A DNA stretch of 64,000 nucleotides from assembly GCA_010909165.1 (NCBI GenBank), contig MU008159.1, forward strand, positions 744,001 to 808,000, written 5' to 3'. Position numbers and translations under genes: made by a program. The notes beneath the pieces were generated by a model. The model ran no database searches and was not told the origin of the DNA. It saw nothing but the letters and a program-made list of their open reading frames with translations. Shown in pieces: positions 11,942 through 26,200 of this stretch (its first letter is position 1; every line of letters starts with the position of its first letter). This DNA is from Anthoceros angustus. Its lineage: Eukaryota; Plantae; Anthocerotophyta.

Positions 11942-13849
11942 GATGGGAGAGACAAGGATCGAATGGAGTTGTTCATAGGCGGAATGACGGCTGGAGGACT
12001 TCATCGAGGAAATGCGGTCAGTGCGGTGTCGGAGATGGAATTGAAGGCCGGATACGAGCGGCTTCGTCAAATCTAAAATCTTGAGGGATGAACATCGGCG
12101 ATGTTGCTCGCGCACAAAGGCGAGGTTGTTGGCGGAGGACCGGTGAGTGGCAGTTCAAGCTCAGTAGGAACCAATATAGATGGCACCAGTGGAGATGATC
12201 CATCGAAGAGATGTTTGACATCTTTGATGGATGAAAAATCTAGAGTGACACACTTCAAGATGGCTGCGAAGATAGCTTCTAGAATCGACCGGTTGAGTCG
12301 ACGCAAGATCATGGTGGACTTCTTCTGAGTACTTGCGAGGCATTACCGTATGTTGTGCATGAAGGTGCAACAAGCGGTGCACAGCGAAGGGCAACACTAC
12401 ACCCTCAAGGAAGTGTACGAGATGGTGACAAGATAGGGCCGACACTTTCTCGTCTTGTTGCAAGTGATTACTCCAACAAGTAGGAGTGGTGGACGACATG
12501 ACCGACGCGGAGGTCGAGTGGAGGAGCTCGGCGAGACAAGCCAGCCCACACGGCCCAAGTGGCGAGCCCTGCGTGAGGTGCCGAGGGGCGGACCATTCCC
12601 CTCATGAGTGCGAGCATGCATTCGGAGGAGTCAAGGGTGAGAGCCATGCCCTAGGTGTGGGAGGTACAGGCACAATGAAGCGGCATGTTGGGAGAAGCAT
12701 CCGAATTGCGGCCTACGGGTTATCGAGCGGCAACCCGGCCAATGCATCGTCAACCTCATCCACAAAAATCGAAACAAAGGTGGTGGAGGAGGCAAAATCC
12801 GTGGACAAAAGCGGAAGCATCAAAAAGGCGATGGGCGGCTTCGTGGCACGCCTGCAAATTTGGAGAAGTTGGTGCGATGGACAACGGATCTCCTTGCGGT
12901 TGAGGAAATAAGCAGGTTGTTTTCGTAGGTATGGAGTGTAAAATAAGGTGGAAAGGGAAAACAGGCAATTTGTACTCGGGGCGCACTCCGGACTCGGGGT
13001 AGGTGAAAGGACCCTAGAGCACCTTGAGACCTCCGGACCACGCAGGGAGTATCGGGATAAGTCGGACACTCCGGTCGAAGCGGGATAAGTCACCAAGTAA
13101 AGTAACAGAAGTTGGGCGTGATTTAGGCAGTGACCCGTGGGAAGTGTAAGTGGTGACGGGCATGCGACAAGCAGCACGTAGGGTTGCGATGGCGTTATAG
13201 GTAGGTATTCGCGCTCCGAATGCGGCGGCGTACTGGCTAAATCTGCGGCGGCGTAAGGCGAATGGCGGCGTAAGGCGAGTAAGCCATGCGAGCCTCGGCG
13301 ATTCTGGGCGTGCCCTCCTGAGTTATTCTCGACAAAGAAGCGGGGGCGGAGGTCATTCTTTCAAACAACCTCATGACGATTTTCACACTCTCTGGCGCTC
13401 GGACACCCGAGCTCTCTGGCGTTGTCTTTTGATTTCGGGCACCTTCCAGCCCAGCAGCTCGACTCGGTAGGCAAGCGCGGCCCTGTGAGCGAGACGAGAT
13501 TGAGGGAGCCCCAAGTCTCGCCCGAAGGCGGGAAGGGCGCAGGATGGGACCAAACAAAGCGGCAGTGTAGGGAGCCATGGCGCTGGTGGGCATAACATAG
13601 TCACTGCTACCGGACTTGATCAGTGGAGGAGGCGGAGGAGCTCATGGAGGAATGGCACTGGACATTTTCCGGTATACGGACCTTGACGTCACCCTATCGA
13701 TGCGCTTGGGAAAATGTTAATGTAGCGGCCAACAAGAGTCCGATCAGAACTTGCGGGAGGACCCAGGGAGATGGTCACGAGGCGATCTACAACGCCGATA
13801 GAGAGAGTGGGAGGTAATGGGCCCCGAAGGTGAAAGGGAAGGTGAGCGG
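11942..13849 (-). mobile_element. LINE ORF2 remnant (end of endonuclease, linker, RT domains 0-3)
   Basis: Minus-strand motifs in the expected order: DEVDDALAGL (domain 0, ~12750), PRKYS..(DH)MILRRL (~12330), CVTLDF (~12250). Heavily frameshifted. Confidence 0.7.
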
Positions 13850-16800
13850 TGTGGAATGGGTTTTGCATCCAAGGCAAGGAGGCCACATTTACCCTCTATG
13901 TCGTTATAGTCCTGGGATTCGATCCCAAGGGATGGTTTTGTGTCAAGATGAGCTAATCTGGTGTCTAACCTACCAATGCCCAGCGTTTACCTACGAACCA
14001 CCCACTCTAGGAGCATGTGGAGGACTCGTGCGTCGCGGGGGTTCACTTCTTTGTAGTGGCGCGTTCGCCACGCGGTGGTTGACTCAACCAGCTTTGAGGC
14101 CGCCTGACGCGCACGTCTTGGCGTGTGACTACCAGTCACTGGCTTCCGGGCCAGGTCTCAGGGTCGAGGTCTTCCACACACACACGCATAGACTACTCTA
14201 ATTCACTCCTAGGGGTCGTGCTCGAATTTCCGGGGAACTTCAGGAATCTGACGACTCGCGATGTCGACCCCTCTTGGTCTCTCCTCGCCCCCCTCTTTCT
14301 ATTACTCGCGTTTCCTCAAACGCAATTCCCTTACCACAGCGCCTCACCCTCTTCTTAGAACCTCTCACACAGTCTCCCTTTTCCCGAGCCACCTGAGACC
14401 TCACCTGCACGGACCCCTCCTCTAGAATTAAACACGTTGATGGGCAGCTTGTTGGAAGGAGGGCAGGAGGCTGCATCGATGCCCAGGCGATTCACTCGTT
14501 CTTAGATCTCACTCGGCGCATGTTGGGCGCCCCTCACCATTCTTGTCAGGGCGCACTTGCTCAGGGGATCTTCCGGTCTTCTTCGAAGGCGGTGCCCGGG
14601 CCCGTTTGATCGCGACCAATCAACCCCTGTCGATTCACAGTTACATCTTTGAGAGACACCCAAAGGGTCTCTTATACATCGTGGGCTCACTTCTCTTGGT
14701 GGGGTAGCTCTACCACGGGCCCCTTGCAATCTAAGCAACGGCTCTCTGGTGGAACTCCCTATCCCTCGCGAAAAACCCGGTCCGCGACTCCCCTAAAATC
14801 AGGCTGCGCCTCCATGATTCTTTGCCTCTCTGACCCATGGGGACCCCTCTCGCTCTTGACCTCGCCTGCGATCCATTTTCCCCACAACCTCCACCTCACT
14901 CTTTTGAGTTTCCCTCGCGCCAGCGGCGTTGCGCGCTTTGTGACCTCTATGTCCATTGTCCGCTCCTCCTCATTTGGACAACCATAATGCTCCTCCCTCC
15001 ATGCTGGCTGCGCCTCGCTCATCTCTTCCGGCACCACTTGCGGAGGATGGCGCCGCTCCTACTCGAAGGAACCAGCTTTGGCGCTGTGGTCAAGATGTCT
15101 GACCGGTGGTTTACGCCCCTCTGTCCCAACAACCACATACGTTTAGGTGAGCACGCTCACCATGCGAGCGGCGAGGACATGAGCATCCTCATCCGGGCCG
15201 TGTCGCCCCTTGTCTGAGGTCCTTACCCTCTCCTCCGTGGACAATCATCTGGGCGGCTGCTGATTCTCCGGATCATCCCTCCATCTGCGACACTCCTTCG
15301 GTGACTTCCCCACCTCGGTTCCCGTTCCACGGCGGTGGCTGGTTTAGCCACCGTGGTTCTTCCAGTGGTTGCTTGGCTCTGCGGTGGTTGCTCGGCCTTT
15401 CTTGGTTTGGCCACCTCTCTCTTGACTAACCGTCTCTTTCCTTGTACTCTCCTTGACTTCTTGAATTTCTCCAAGGCGCCATCGCTTCCACCTGCTCTGG
15501 ACTCGCGAGACCTCATCTTGAAGCTCTTCAATTGTAGCATCGCCCCTTGACTGATTTACTAAAGCTTCTGTGGTGGACCCTTGCTGCCCTTGCATGCCGC
15601 CGCACTCCGTCTGCGCTCCTCGGCGCCTTGCTCTCGCCTTCCGGGCTTTCCAACTTCTCCTTGAGCAACTTCTCCTGTTGGCCTTGCACACTCGGTGAGA
15701 GCCATGGGCTTGATCGAGGAGATCCGCTGCGTCATGCCATGGAAGTCAAACCGCAAATCCCCAAATTGGGCTGTCCCTTTGCCCATCCGCCTCCACAACA
15801 ATTCTCGTTGCGGTGTCTCCTATCCCCACCTCGGACGGTTCGGTGAAATGTCGCCAAAAATGTCCGGAGCTCGTTGCGGTCTCGGCTGTGAGTTAACCCC
15901 TCCTCTCCTAGGGGTTGATGCCTTGCCTCTTCCCCCGCATTCTCCCCTAGCGGCATTCATCCCCCACACAGGAGGAGCAACACCATTTCCCTTTATTTTC
16001 CTCCTTTACCCGTTCTGCTGTAGTCTTGACTGGTGACCACAGGTGTGGCTGTGGGTTCCTCCTCTTCTGTCCTCCCCTTTTCGCCGACCCGTTCGTTGCG
16101 CCCCGCTTCTTACCCTTGGAAACTTCCCCACCCTCTTAGAACCTTCGAGGCGCACTCCCAAGCTACTTTGGAATCCTTGCGAATCCTCCTTCAATTCCTC
16201 CTCTTCTACCTTGAGTTCACTGGCTTCCAACCATGCGGGCGGACCGACTTCAACTCCGTTAAACACCGGAATGCAAATACATGAATCGGAAAAGCGAAAT
16301 CAAGGAGGGAAGGAGAGTAATTCGCCTTCTCCTCACAGGCTCTTTGAAAATCATCCTCCCCAATCAATTTGTGTACCCTTGACCACCTCGTGAAGAAAAA
16401 CCAAGAAGTGATCCGCCATATGATCCGACTTAGGTTGAAACACAAAATCCATTTGGCCAATCCCACATTGCCGACACGAGTTGGCGAGTCACCCATTCCT
16501 CACTTCCCGAGGCTTCATGGCGGCGGCTTTCAAGGTCTTCTTTATTTGAGGTCAATCACCAAGCTCCCATCCTGATGCTTCTCGCCCATACCTTTGCTCG
16601 AAGAGGCCAAATCCAGATTCTGCGGCCTTTTCCTCGCGTCACCCTCTTGCGACTTGGTCCTTAATTGCGGGCGCACTCTTGCACCAATGCAGGTGTCGTA
16701 GCACCATTTCTTCTCCATGAACTTGAGACCCGGCTCACGCATGCTCTCACTTTCCGATGGTCCATGTTGGGCCCTGCGTGAGTGAAATTTCGGCGCGCAT

Positions 16801-17425
16801 CTCCTTCTCTCGTTGTTTCCCAAAAACAAAACCTCGACCTACCAGATTACGGTCGAGAAAAAAAATCGAGCCGCCCTGGCGCTCCTTCCACGCCTCCTCG
16901 CGAACTTGCGGCGCCCGATTTCTCTCCTCCGCCGCTCTGTCGATCGTCGCGCCTTCCTCCTGCGAGCGGGCGATTTGGCTGGCGTGGTGTACGCCCCTCT
17001 TCTTGCGCTCGCTCAGCCCCTCACGGAAAGTCGCGACCTCGCGATCTTTGGGTGTGCCCTTCTCTCGATTCGCTCCGTGGTAGTAGTCCACTAGGGTTGT
17101 AAATTCCCACAGTGCATGCGTCCGTTTCTCGGCCACGTGGTGGAACTAGCCACCACCCACTTGACTACTCATGGCATATTGTGAGCATCCCTAGCATATA
17201 TAGACACCTTTTATTCTAAAATTCCCAATACCCAAGGACTCTATTTCTACCCACCCCTCGGGGTCAAACCTAAGTCGAAAAATTATTATTATCTCCAAGG
17301 GCCAAGGACCATTCCGTATAAAAGACTCGGCGATTCTCAAAGCACTTTGCTATTCTAACACATCAAAACAAAAAAATCGTTCACGACACTTGGAGGCGGG
17401 GTTAGTGCACATGTGGTCTTCCACA
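13850..17425 (-). repeat. 3' LTR (~3.58 kb)
   Basis: TGTGGAATGGG...GGTCTTCCACA; colinear with 23211-26759 but differs by many 1-3 nt indels. Confidence 0.9.
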
Positions 17426-17440
17426 TACTCCCTTCTCATT
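17426..17440 (-). other. Polypurine tract (AATGAGAAGGGAGTA)
   Basis: Directly abuts the 3' LTR on the minus strand. Confidence 0.85.
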
Positions 17441-17449
17441 TGTTGGCGT

Positions 17450-20400
17450 CTCGCCAACTTATTAATATTTCTTGACCCGCCAACCGTTGGCGTTGGCGGT
17501 GAGCCACTAAAATCTTGAGTTGAATTGATCCGTTGTGAAAACTTACGAAACTCGAAGGGCCCCATCCATCGAGATGTAATTTACGGAAATGCATGTATCG
17601 GTTATCATATAGTAAAGCGGATCCCGGGAACAACGTATTCTTGGCGCTTCAATCTCTTGTGCCACTCCTTCCTCCTTTCTTTGGACATCCGCATAACTTG
17701 GAGGCTTGTTCTCATCCTCCGTGTGTCTGAAACCCACCAACCTTTCAATGACTTTCCTCCACGGCATTCGACTTGGTTCCTGTATTCTCGGTGGAACTTG
17801 AATTCTATTGGCATGTGATGAATGCCGTAAGTAAGATAATACGGGGCTTTGCGTTGTCACTTTTCCATGATCCGATCGCCTGATCTTGAATGCGATTTCA
17901 TATCGATCATACGCATAGCGAGTGAGTTTGGTTAGGATCTTGCACAACAAGCCATTTGCCTTTTTAAATTGACCCATTGGCTTTTGGGTTATAAGGCGTG
18001 GACTTCACAGTGCGGCGTTGAAGTGGTGGTCATGTTGGAATTACGATTGAAATGTGTTCCTCATCAGCCGGCTCGGTGAGCCATATCGGTGATGATTTGC
18101 TCGAGCAGAATCGCCCGGCGTCGCCGAATCTACGGCGTGCACGTGCTACCATCCGCGTCTGATGTCTGGCCACGGGATGTATTGGTTTTGGCGAGCCTTG
18201 GTTTTGGGGTGGATAGGCCGACAAAATCGATTCCCCATTTCTCGAATGGTGCGGTGCAAGTATGGGGACAAGGGGCCATTGGGTTGTTCTTTGTTGGCTT
18301 GCCGACCCTTTGCAAGCGTCCACGGTACGAACTCCTTGGCATCCTTGTACATTGTAGGCCACCAATAGTGTGACCTCAAAATTTTCCTGCATGTGACATG
18401 CGGCGGCATAATGACCTCCGCCTCTTCTTCGTGTAAAGAGCTCGGGACTCGCTCACGCTTGATGCGTACCCTGCCGCTCCACCGTCGGATGACTCGGTAT
18501 AAATTCATGTGCCGTGTAGATGGTGCGGAGTAGTGGAATGACGCTTTGAATCATGTCTTCTTGGAAGATGTGGAGGAATTTGGCCGTGCCAAGATAATCG
18601 TATATCTCACGATATGTTGGTCTTGAAGCCACTCCTCCCTTCTCAATCGATCTGGCTCTCCTCCCGGCTTCACTCGTTGGTTTGCAACTCCTGCGAGAGT
18701 GTCTCATCGGGAAAGTCGTCTTCTGGTCCTTTCCACCTTCCTGTTTTCAATCGAGATATGAAGTCGGCATTGATATGCTTACCCTCTCTCGTTTCCTTTG
18801 TGAAGGTAAACTCACGGCAAGATCCGGCGTGCTCGTCCGAAAGGTCGGGTTTATTCACAAGGTGTTTCAAGGCAAAGTGGTCAACATGGAACACAAATTC
18901 ATACGAGAGGTAGTGTCAATTTCGACCGAGTAAACCATTCCCGATGCTTGGCGCTCCGTGGTGGTATACTTTCGTTCGCGTCCGTTAGTTGTCTCGGCAT
19001 AGTAGATCGGAAAATCCTTCTTCTTCTCATCCGTGGCTGGGCGGTATCTTTGAAACATCAGCAGCGTGGAACTTCTTACTCGATCCGGTCCTTTTAGCGT
19101 GGGGGCGCGATGTGGTGCGTAAGTCACGAATGCTTCCTCCGTTCGTCGTCCATTCCCTCCGATCCTTCCTTAACAAGCTCGTTAGTGGGGGGCCCGCTTG
19201 GCGAAATTTGGAGCAAGCGTCTATAATACCGACCATCCCGGGAACCCGGAGTTCCTTTAGCGTTATTGGTGCTCTAAGGGTGGCGATGACCTTTACCTTG
19301 TCGGATCTACTTCTATACCTCGGCTTGAAAATTCGATGCGAATTCCTCGACATGCGTAGCACTTTTTGGATGCGAGCATAATTGCGTGGCTCGGCGCTCG
19401 AGCACTTCGGAGGTGCGACGGATGGTCCTTGGACCCCAAATCGTCGTCGGAAAACTTCCATAAAGTCGCGGAGGAAGTCCTTGAAAATTTTGTGATGGCT
19501 CGCATGAAGGACCCGGTGCTCCGTCAACCCGTCGCTGCGCTTGTAAGCATATGTCCCCGATCGGTTGTAAAAGCGGTGAGGCCAATCGCTCTCCCTAAGG
19601 TGCGGTGATTATACCCGGTACCGTCTAGGAATGAATCGCCATTACACTGCGACGGATCCGAGGATATTATCGATGAAGGGTAGCGGAAAGTGATCCTTCT
19701 TGGTGACTTTATTCAACCTTCTCGATCGACAAACTCGGATTTTGCTGGCGCCTCTTAGGTACTACCACTATTGGAGCCACCCATTCGGTATTGACTATAG
19801 GATAGATCATCGCCTTGAGGTACATCTCCAAGCGATCCTTTACCTTGAGGAGTACTTGGTTAACTTGTCTTGTGGAATCCTTCGGATTGCTCACGGTTCC
19901 AGTCAATCCTATACTCGCCCATTCTTTGGGATCCCCTTCATGTTACCTCGGCGAAAACATCGATGAATTACGCAGCGGCTTCATTCCTTCCTCAACGCCG
20001 CATCCATTGTTACGGAGAATTTGAGCACCTTCACGGAAGAACCTCAACGTCCTTGACTTCATCGGCTGTACCCACTCGCTCTCAGTGCGGTGCTAACCCG
20101 AATCCTTCTTACGGCTCCGCGGTTCCTCTTCTCTCATGCCCCATTCCCTAAACAAATCCTCCGGCGTGAGCTGCGTGGCGCCTCCTCCGGCTTTCTCCAC
20201 TGCTGTTGAATCCCCGGACCCTTCAGCATTTGATTACCCGTAACGACCTCGGGGTTAATTGTATATGGGATATCTCTGCGGTGGTAGTCCTCATCGGACC
20301 ATGAGATGTGTGCGACGGAACCTATCTTCCTCTTGCATCTCCCGGACGTGTCCTCTGCGAGTGTACCCTTCATTTTGATTGGAGTTTCACTGCATACATG

Positions 20401-23000
20401 TCCTTACTCCACGATAGGCACATCCTTCCCTCCTTGGTCTTGGGATCCCATTCCAGCGGTTTAAAACCGACTTCCTTGCCCCACTTGGCGTGCATTGCGA
20501 TCGTACATCCATGTTCGGCCAATTAGGGGCGTCGTGCCACAGCGATTTTCTTTGGATGACTACATAATCCATCAAGTAGGGATGGTTCCAATGGTCGTTA
20601 GCACCCCTCGGTTCCCCACCGGCACCATTACGGACATGTCGCTGAAAACCTTGGTATGTTCAATATCAAGCCCAATTTCCTAGCCGTGTCTTACGTCATA
20701 ATATTTTACCGTGTCGAGAGGCACTCCTTTGATGACACATCCGAAATTTCCACAGGTTGGTGGGCCTTGATCCACCATGGATACCAAGTTCACATGCGGC
20801 GAGGCTGGTATAGGAACATTGCGCCTCTTTTGGGTTGCGCCTCTTTTAACGCCCTCGATCATTGCCTATACGGATTGTCTCGGAGTTGTCGAATGTGATC
20901 ATGAAATGTTGGTCCATGATGGCCTCGGCGAGATTGAAAGCGGTGGCCCGACCTCGCCATCCGAGTTTGGTTGGTGGGTTCCCGGTTCGTCATGACTTGG
21001 GGTGCGGTGGCCCTTCCGGTGGGGTGGTGGACTCCCACAGGGTGGTGGAAATCGACACCCCGCCTTTTCCCCGTAGCCTCCTTGCCAATTCTTCTTGTAT
21101 CATATCCATGACTTCTCCCGTCGTCCGGTGGAAACCCTAACTCTCGGTTCGGTAACTTTCTCTGAAATCGGTGGGTTCCACCCCCTTCGGACTTTCGTGA
21201 CCCTTCATTCACCTTTCATTGGAACACTCAATGTCTCGGCATCACTCTTTTGCACATATGGTCCATCAAAGTCACTGCGGGACTTGTTTTTTTTAAATCT
21301 TTAGCGTTCCGGTGTTGGTATTTCCCCATGGTGGCGACACTCTCTCCCTCATCCGATCCGTGGTCGTATCCGCCTCCTTTCTTCTTTTTTTCCCCCGTCG
21401 CCTCTCTTTTGCTTTTGTGCTCCTTGTTCTATCGACCATGGCGAGGCTTCCCCATAATAATCGCTTCCCCTAATCTAATCCTCAAGCTCCTCGGGGTTCC
21501 AATCTCGGCATCCTCCCATACCGCCATAAGTGCATCCTCAACATGCATGGCGGACCAGGACTGGGTTTGGTCGTGAACTCCGTTCGGGTGGCTGTGATCC
21601 TCACCGTCTTTACGGGGCTTTGGCGAGCACACTTCACCAAATGCCCTGCTGCTACAATCTTGACATAGTTTATCAAAATCTCCATTGCCTTGAGTTGGAT
21701 AGGGGCATATGCGCATAGTGTCAAGGTTGCGACTTGTAGCACAAGGCGGTGCCCATTGGTATTACCCTTGTGATTCTGACGCCTACCCGTGGAATTCGTG
21801 GTTGGCGGGTACATGGTCTTTGGGTACACTTGGGTTGTGAACCTCCGGATCGGTATCTTCCACGGACCCTCTTCCTCCTCTTCCTCATATCCCGGTGTAC
21901 CCTTGTCGTCGGACAATTAGCTTTGGAGTGTCCCTGCCCACACGTTGAGCAGAGAGGTTGGCTCGTGGGTTCGTGACGACTCTCCGCCTCTCATGTTCCT
22001 TGACCGCATTAAGATGGAATTTCTCGAATTTTGCCATCATCTCCTCCATCTTGTTCCCTGTTGTTCTACTTTCTTGTGCTACCTCTCCTTCTCCTTGTTC
22101 ATCCTTTTTTTGCATTCGCCTCTGTTTTGCCCTTGCGACTCCTTGCTCCTTGTTGTCCCGTCGACCCTTGTTTTCTTTTTTTCCATTTGGCGCTCCTCAT
22201 CATGGATTCCTCCTCATCACTCGTTTCCTCCTCAATCCTCCGTAGAATCTTGGAACTCTTCATAGAACTTCTTAGGAACTTCTTTTCCGGATGGATCCTT
22301 CTTCTTTCCTTCTTAGCTTCTTCTTCTCCTTCTTAGCCTCCTCTGCGGGTTGGATTCCTCATAGTTTAAGCGCCTTGATAGCCTTGCCCAAATTCTTCTC
22401 CGCTTGTAACCTTACGTGTCTCCCCATCTTAGAACCCGGGCCTTTAGCGAACCACCGTGTGCACGCAACTCAGTGAGGCCACTTGATCGCGTGTGAAACC
22501 TCTCCACATACGCAAGGTTTCCTTCTTTCCTCTTTTGCTTTTCAAGCTTGGACAACACGTATCCCTCGTCAAGCCCCAAACCTTTCACAGGCGGTTTTAA
22601 TTCTTCATAGGTTCTTTGGAGGTGTGGCTGACTTGAGGTATTCGCCTATACCACTTTGCTGGACCCCCAGAACTCCAGAACAATTGAATCTGTTGTGCAT
22701 CTCCTTCTGGTTTGCAAATGTTGCTCAAAGCGCTCAACAAATTCATCGGTCTTCATACCCCTTCCCTTCCATACAGGTAAGGTTGCTTGGTGGTGACCAC
22801 CACCGGCGTGGTGGTGGACTATCGTTCTATGATTGGCGTGGTTGGTCAACAAGTTCCCACGGTTTGATCGATTGATCGCACACTTTTGGAAGAGGTCGGT
22901 TGGAATTGGTCAGGTTCCTTGGCGGTGGTACCTCGTCAGTCCGAGGTTGGGGATCTTGCTCGGACCCCAAGATCGGCTCTTGCCCCTTCTTTCCTCCCAG
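17450..23000 (-). pseudogene. gag-pol polyprotein (frameshifted as given)
   Basis: RT: EWVAPIVVVPK, KKDHFPLPFIDNIL, IFKDFLRDFMEVF. RNase H: PIYYA, YTTTER, HVDHFALKHLVNKPDLS, NADFISRL. Integrase: YWWPTMYKDA, PFEKWGIDFVG, LCKILTK. Charged gag region at ~21900-22900. Confidence 0.88.
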
Positions 23001-23188
23001 CAGTGCGTCTTCCTGGATCCTCCTCAACTCGCGGTTTGCAACCCTTTTCAACCTTTCCGGTGCTTGGCGTTGTGGCTTTCCCTCCGACTTGACTCGAACC
23101 CTCGGCTCAACCGTGGCATCCATCTACCTAACTAGATACACTCCAAAACTAGACACCTAAGCTATGGTTAGTCCCCTATAACCTTGCG

Positions 23189-23207
23189 GTTTCATTCCCA
23201 GCAGCCA
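23189..23207 (-). other. Primer-binding site (degenerate TGGC..TG..GGGAA)
   Basis: Minus strand reads LTR-CA then TTTTGGCTGCTGGGAATG, resembling the Athila-type TGGCGCCGTTGCCGGGGA (tRNA-Asp) PBS with deletions. Confidence 0.6.
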
Positions 23208-23210
23208 AAA

Positions 23211-26200
23211 TGTGGAATGGGTTTTGCATCCAAAAGGCAAGAGGCCACATTTACCCTCTATGTCGTTATAGTCCTAGGATTCGATCCCAAGGGAATGGTG
23301 TTGTGTCAAGTGTGCTAATCTATGGATTCTTCTACACCCTCACGCCACCCACTCTCCCACCGTGGAGACTCGCCCCACCCGAGTGGCCGACCAACCAGCG
23401 GGCCCGCCCCACGCCCGCCTCTGACTACCTTCACCGGCTTCGGACCGGGGGCTATCCTTACACACACCGCACCCCTCTCTCTAACCTCCTTGCGATTCCT
23501 ACCTCACACCTTCCCTCCCCCTCGCTTCCGATTTTCCCCCCCTCTCACAACTCCCCTCAGCGCTCTTCCTTCCCCACTCCCCTCTTCAGAACCTCTCCCC
23601 GTCTCTCTCCCTGGGCCACAGACCTCCTTGGCCACAGGACCCCTCCTCATGGAATGAACACACACGTGGCGGCGTTGGAAGAGGATCGGACCCAGTCGAT
23701 GCCGGCGATTCACTTCCGATTCCGCCTCGGCCCCTTCCCCGGCGCATGTTACCTCTTCCATTCCCCGGCGTGGAGCTTGGCCACTCGCTCTCGACCATCC
23801 GAGATCTTCCGGCCTTCTTGTGACGAAGGCGGTGCGAACCCGTTTGATCTTGACGACGTCTCAATCAACCCCACACGGTTCGATACACGGAAGTTCACAC
23901 ACAAATCGTCTTTGAGAGACACCCAAAGGGTCTCTTATACATCGTGTGGTCCAACACTCACTTCTCTTTAGTGTCTAAAAATTGTAGCTCCTACCACGGC
24001 GCCTTACCAATCTAAGCAACAACGACTCTACGGTGATGGAACTCCCTATCCCTCGCAGAAAAACCCGGTCCTAGGCTATCGCGACTCCCCTAAAATCAGC
24101 TGCCGCCTCGCGATTCTTTGCCTCGCCCTCGGCCCATGGGGACCCCTCTCGCTCTTGGCCTCGCCTGATCCAGCGATTTTCCCCACAACCTCCACCTCAC
24201 TCTCCTTTGAGTTTCCCTCGCGCCTTCCGCGGACGTTGCCTTTGTGACCTCTATGTCCATTGTCCGCTCCTCCTCATTTGGACAACCATACGTGCTCCTC
24301 CCTCCATGCTCGGCTGCGCCTCGCTCATCTCTTCCGGCACCACTTGCGGAGGATAGGCGCCCGCTCTACTCGAAGGAACCAGCAGCACTTTGTGGCGGTC
24401 AAGATGGTTTACGCCCCCCTCATCCCAACAACCACATACACGTTTAGTGAGCACCGCTCACCATGCGACAGCCGGGGACATGAGCATCCTCATCCGGGCC
24501 GTACTGTCGCCCCTTATACGAGAGGTCCTTACCCTCTCCTCCGTGGACAATCACAGGCGGCTGCTGTTGATTCTCGGAGATCATCCCTCCATCTGCGACA
24601 CTCCAGGTGACTTCCCCACCTCGGTTCCCGTTCCGCGGTGGCTGGTTTAGCCACCGTGGTGGTTACTTCCCCGGTGGTTGCTTGGCTCTGCGGTGGGTGT
24701 GCTCGGCCTTTCTTGGTTTGGCCACCTCTCTCTTGACTGGCCCTAACCGTCTCTTTCCGCTTGCTCTCCATGACTTCTTGAATTTCTCCAAGGCGCCGCC
24801 AGCTTCCACTGCTCTGGACTCGCGAGACCTCATCTTGAAGCTCTTCAATTGTAGCATCGCCCCTTGACTGATTTACTAAAGCCTCTGTTGAGTGGACATG
24901 TGCCTTAAGCGCTCCTGTGCCTTGCATAAGGCGCCGCACTCCGTCTGCGCTCCTCGGCCGCCTTGCTCTCGCCTTCAGGCTTCCAACTTCTCCTTGAGCA
25001 ACTTCTCCTGTTGGCCTTGCACTCGGGTGAGCCATGGGCTTGATCGAGGAGATCCGCTGCGTCATGCCATGGCGAAGTCAAACCACGCAAATCCCCAAAT
25101 TGGGCTGTCCCTTTGCCCATCCGCCTCCACAACAATTCTCGACGGTGTCTCCTATCCCCACCTCGGAGACGGTTCGGTGAAATGTCGCCAAAAATGTCCG
25201 GAGCTCGTTGCGGTCTCGGCTGAAGTTAACCCCTCCTCTCCTAGGGGTTGATGCCTTTGCCTCTTCCCCCATTCTCCCCTAGCGATTCATCCCCACAGGA
25301 GGAGCAACTTGCCATTTCCCTTTATTTTTCCTCCTTTACCGCGTTCTGCTGCCGTCTTGACACAGTGACCACAGGTGTGGCTGTGGGTTCCTCCTCTTCT
25401 GTGTCCTCCCCTTTTATGACCCGTTCGACGTAGCCCTTCTTACCCTTGGAAACTTCCCCACCCTCTTAGAACCTTCGAGGCGCATCCCAAGCTTCTTTGG
25501 AATCCTCCTTCAATTCCTCCTCTTCTACCTTGGGTTCCTGGCCGGCGGACCGACTTCAACTCAGTTAAACACCGGAATGCGCAAATACATGAATCGGAAA
25601 AGGCGAAATCAAGGAGGGCCGAGGAAGGAGAAATTCGCCTTCTCCTCACAGGCTCTTTCGAAAATCATCCTCCCCAATCAATTTGTGTACCCTTGACCAC
25701 CTCGTGAAGAAAAACCAAGAAGTGATCCGCCATATGATCCGACTTGGTTACATGGAAGCACAAAATCCATTTGGCCAATCCACAGTGCGAACACGAGTTG
25801 GCGAGTCACCCACCATTGTTCCTCTCACTTCCCGGGCTTCATGGCGCGGCGGCTGCGGCTTTCAAGGTCTTCTTTCGCTGAGGGGTCAATCACCAAGCTC
25901 CCATCTTGATGCTTCGCCCTTCTGCTTTCGAAGAGGCCAAATCCAGTTCTGCGGCCTTTTCCTCGCGTCACCCTCTTGCGACTTGGTCCTTAATTGCGGG
26001 CACTCTTGCACCAATCGTAGCACCATTTCTTCTCCATGAACTTGACCCGGCTCACGCACGGTGCCGGCTCTCACTTTCCGATGGTCCATGTTGGGCCGCT
26101 GCGTGAGTGAGATTTTCGCGGCTCGGGCGCCATCTCCTTCTCTCGTTGTTTCCCAAAACAAAACCTCGACTACCCTGCGGTTAAGAGAAAAAAAATCGAG

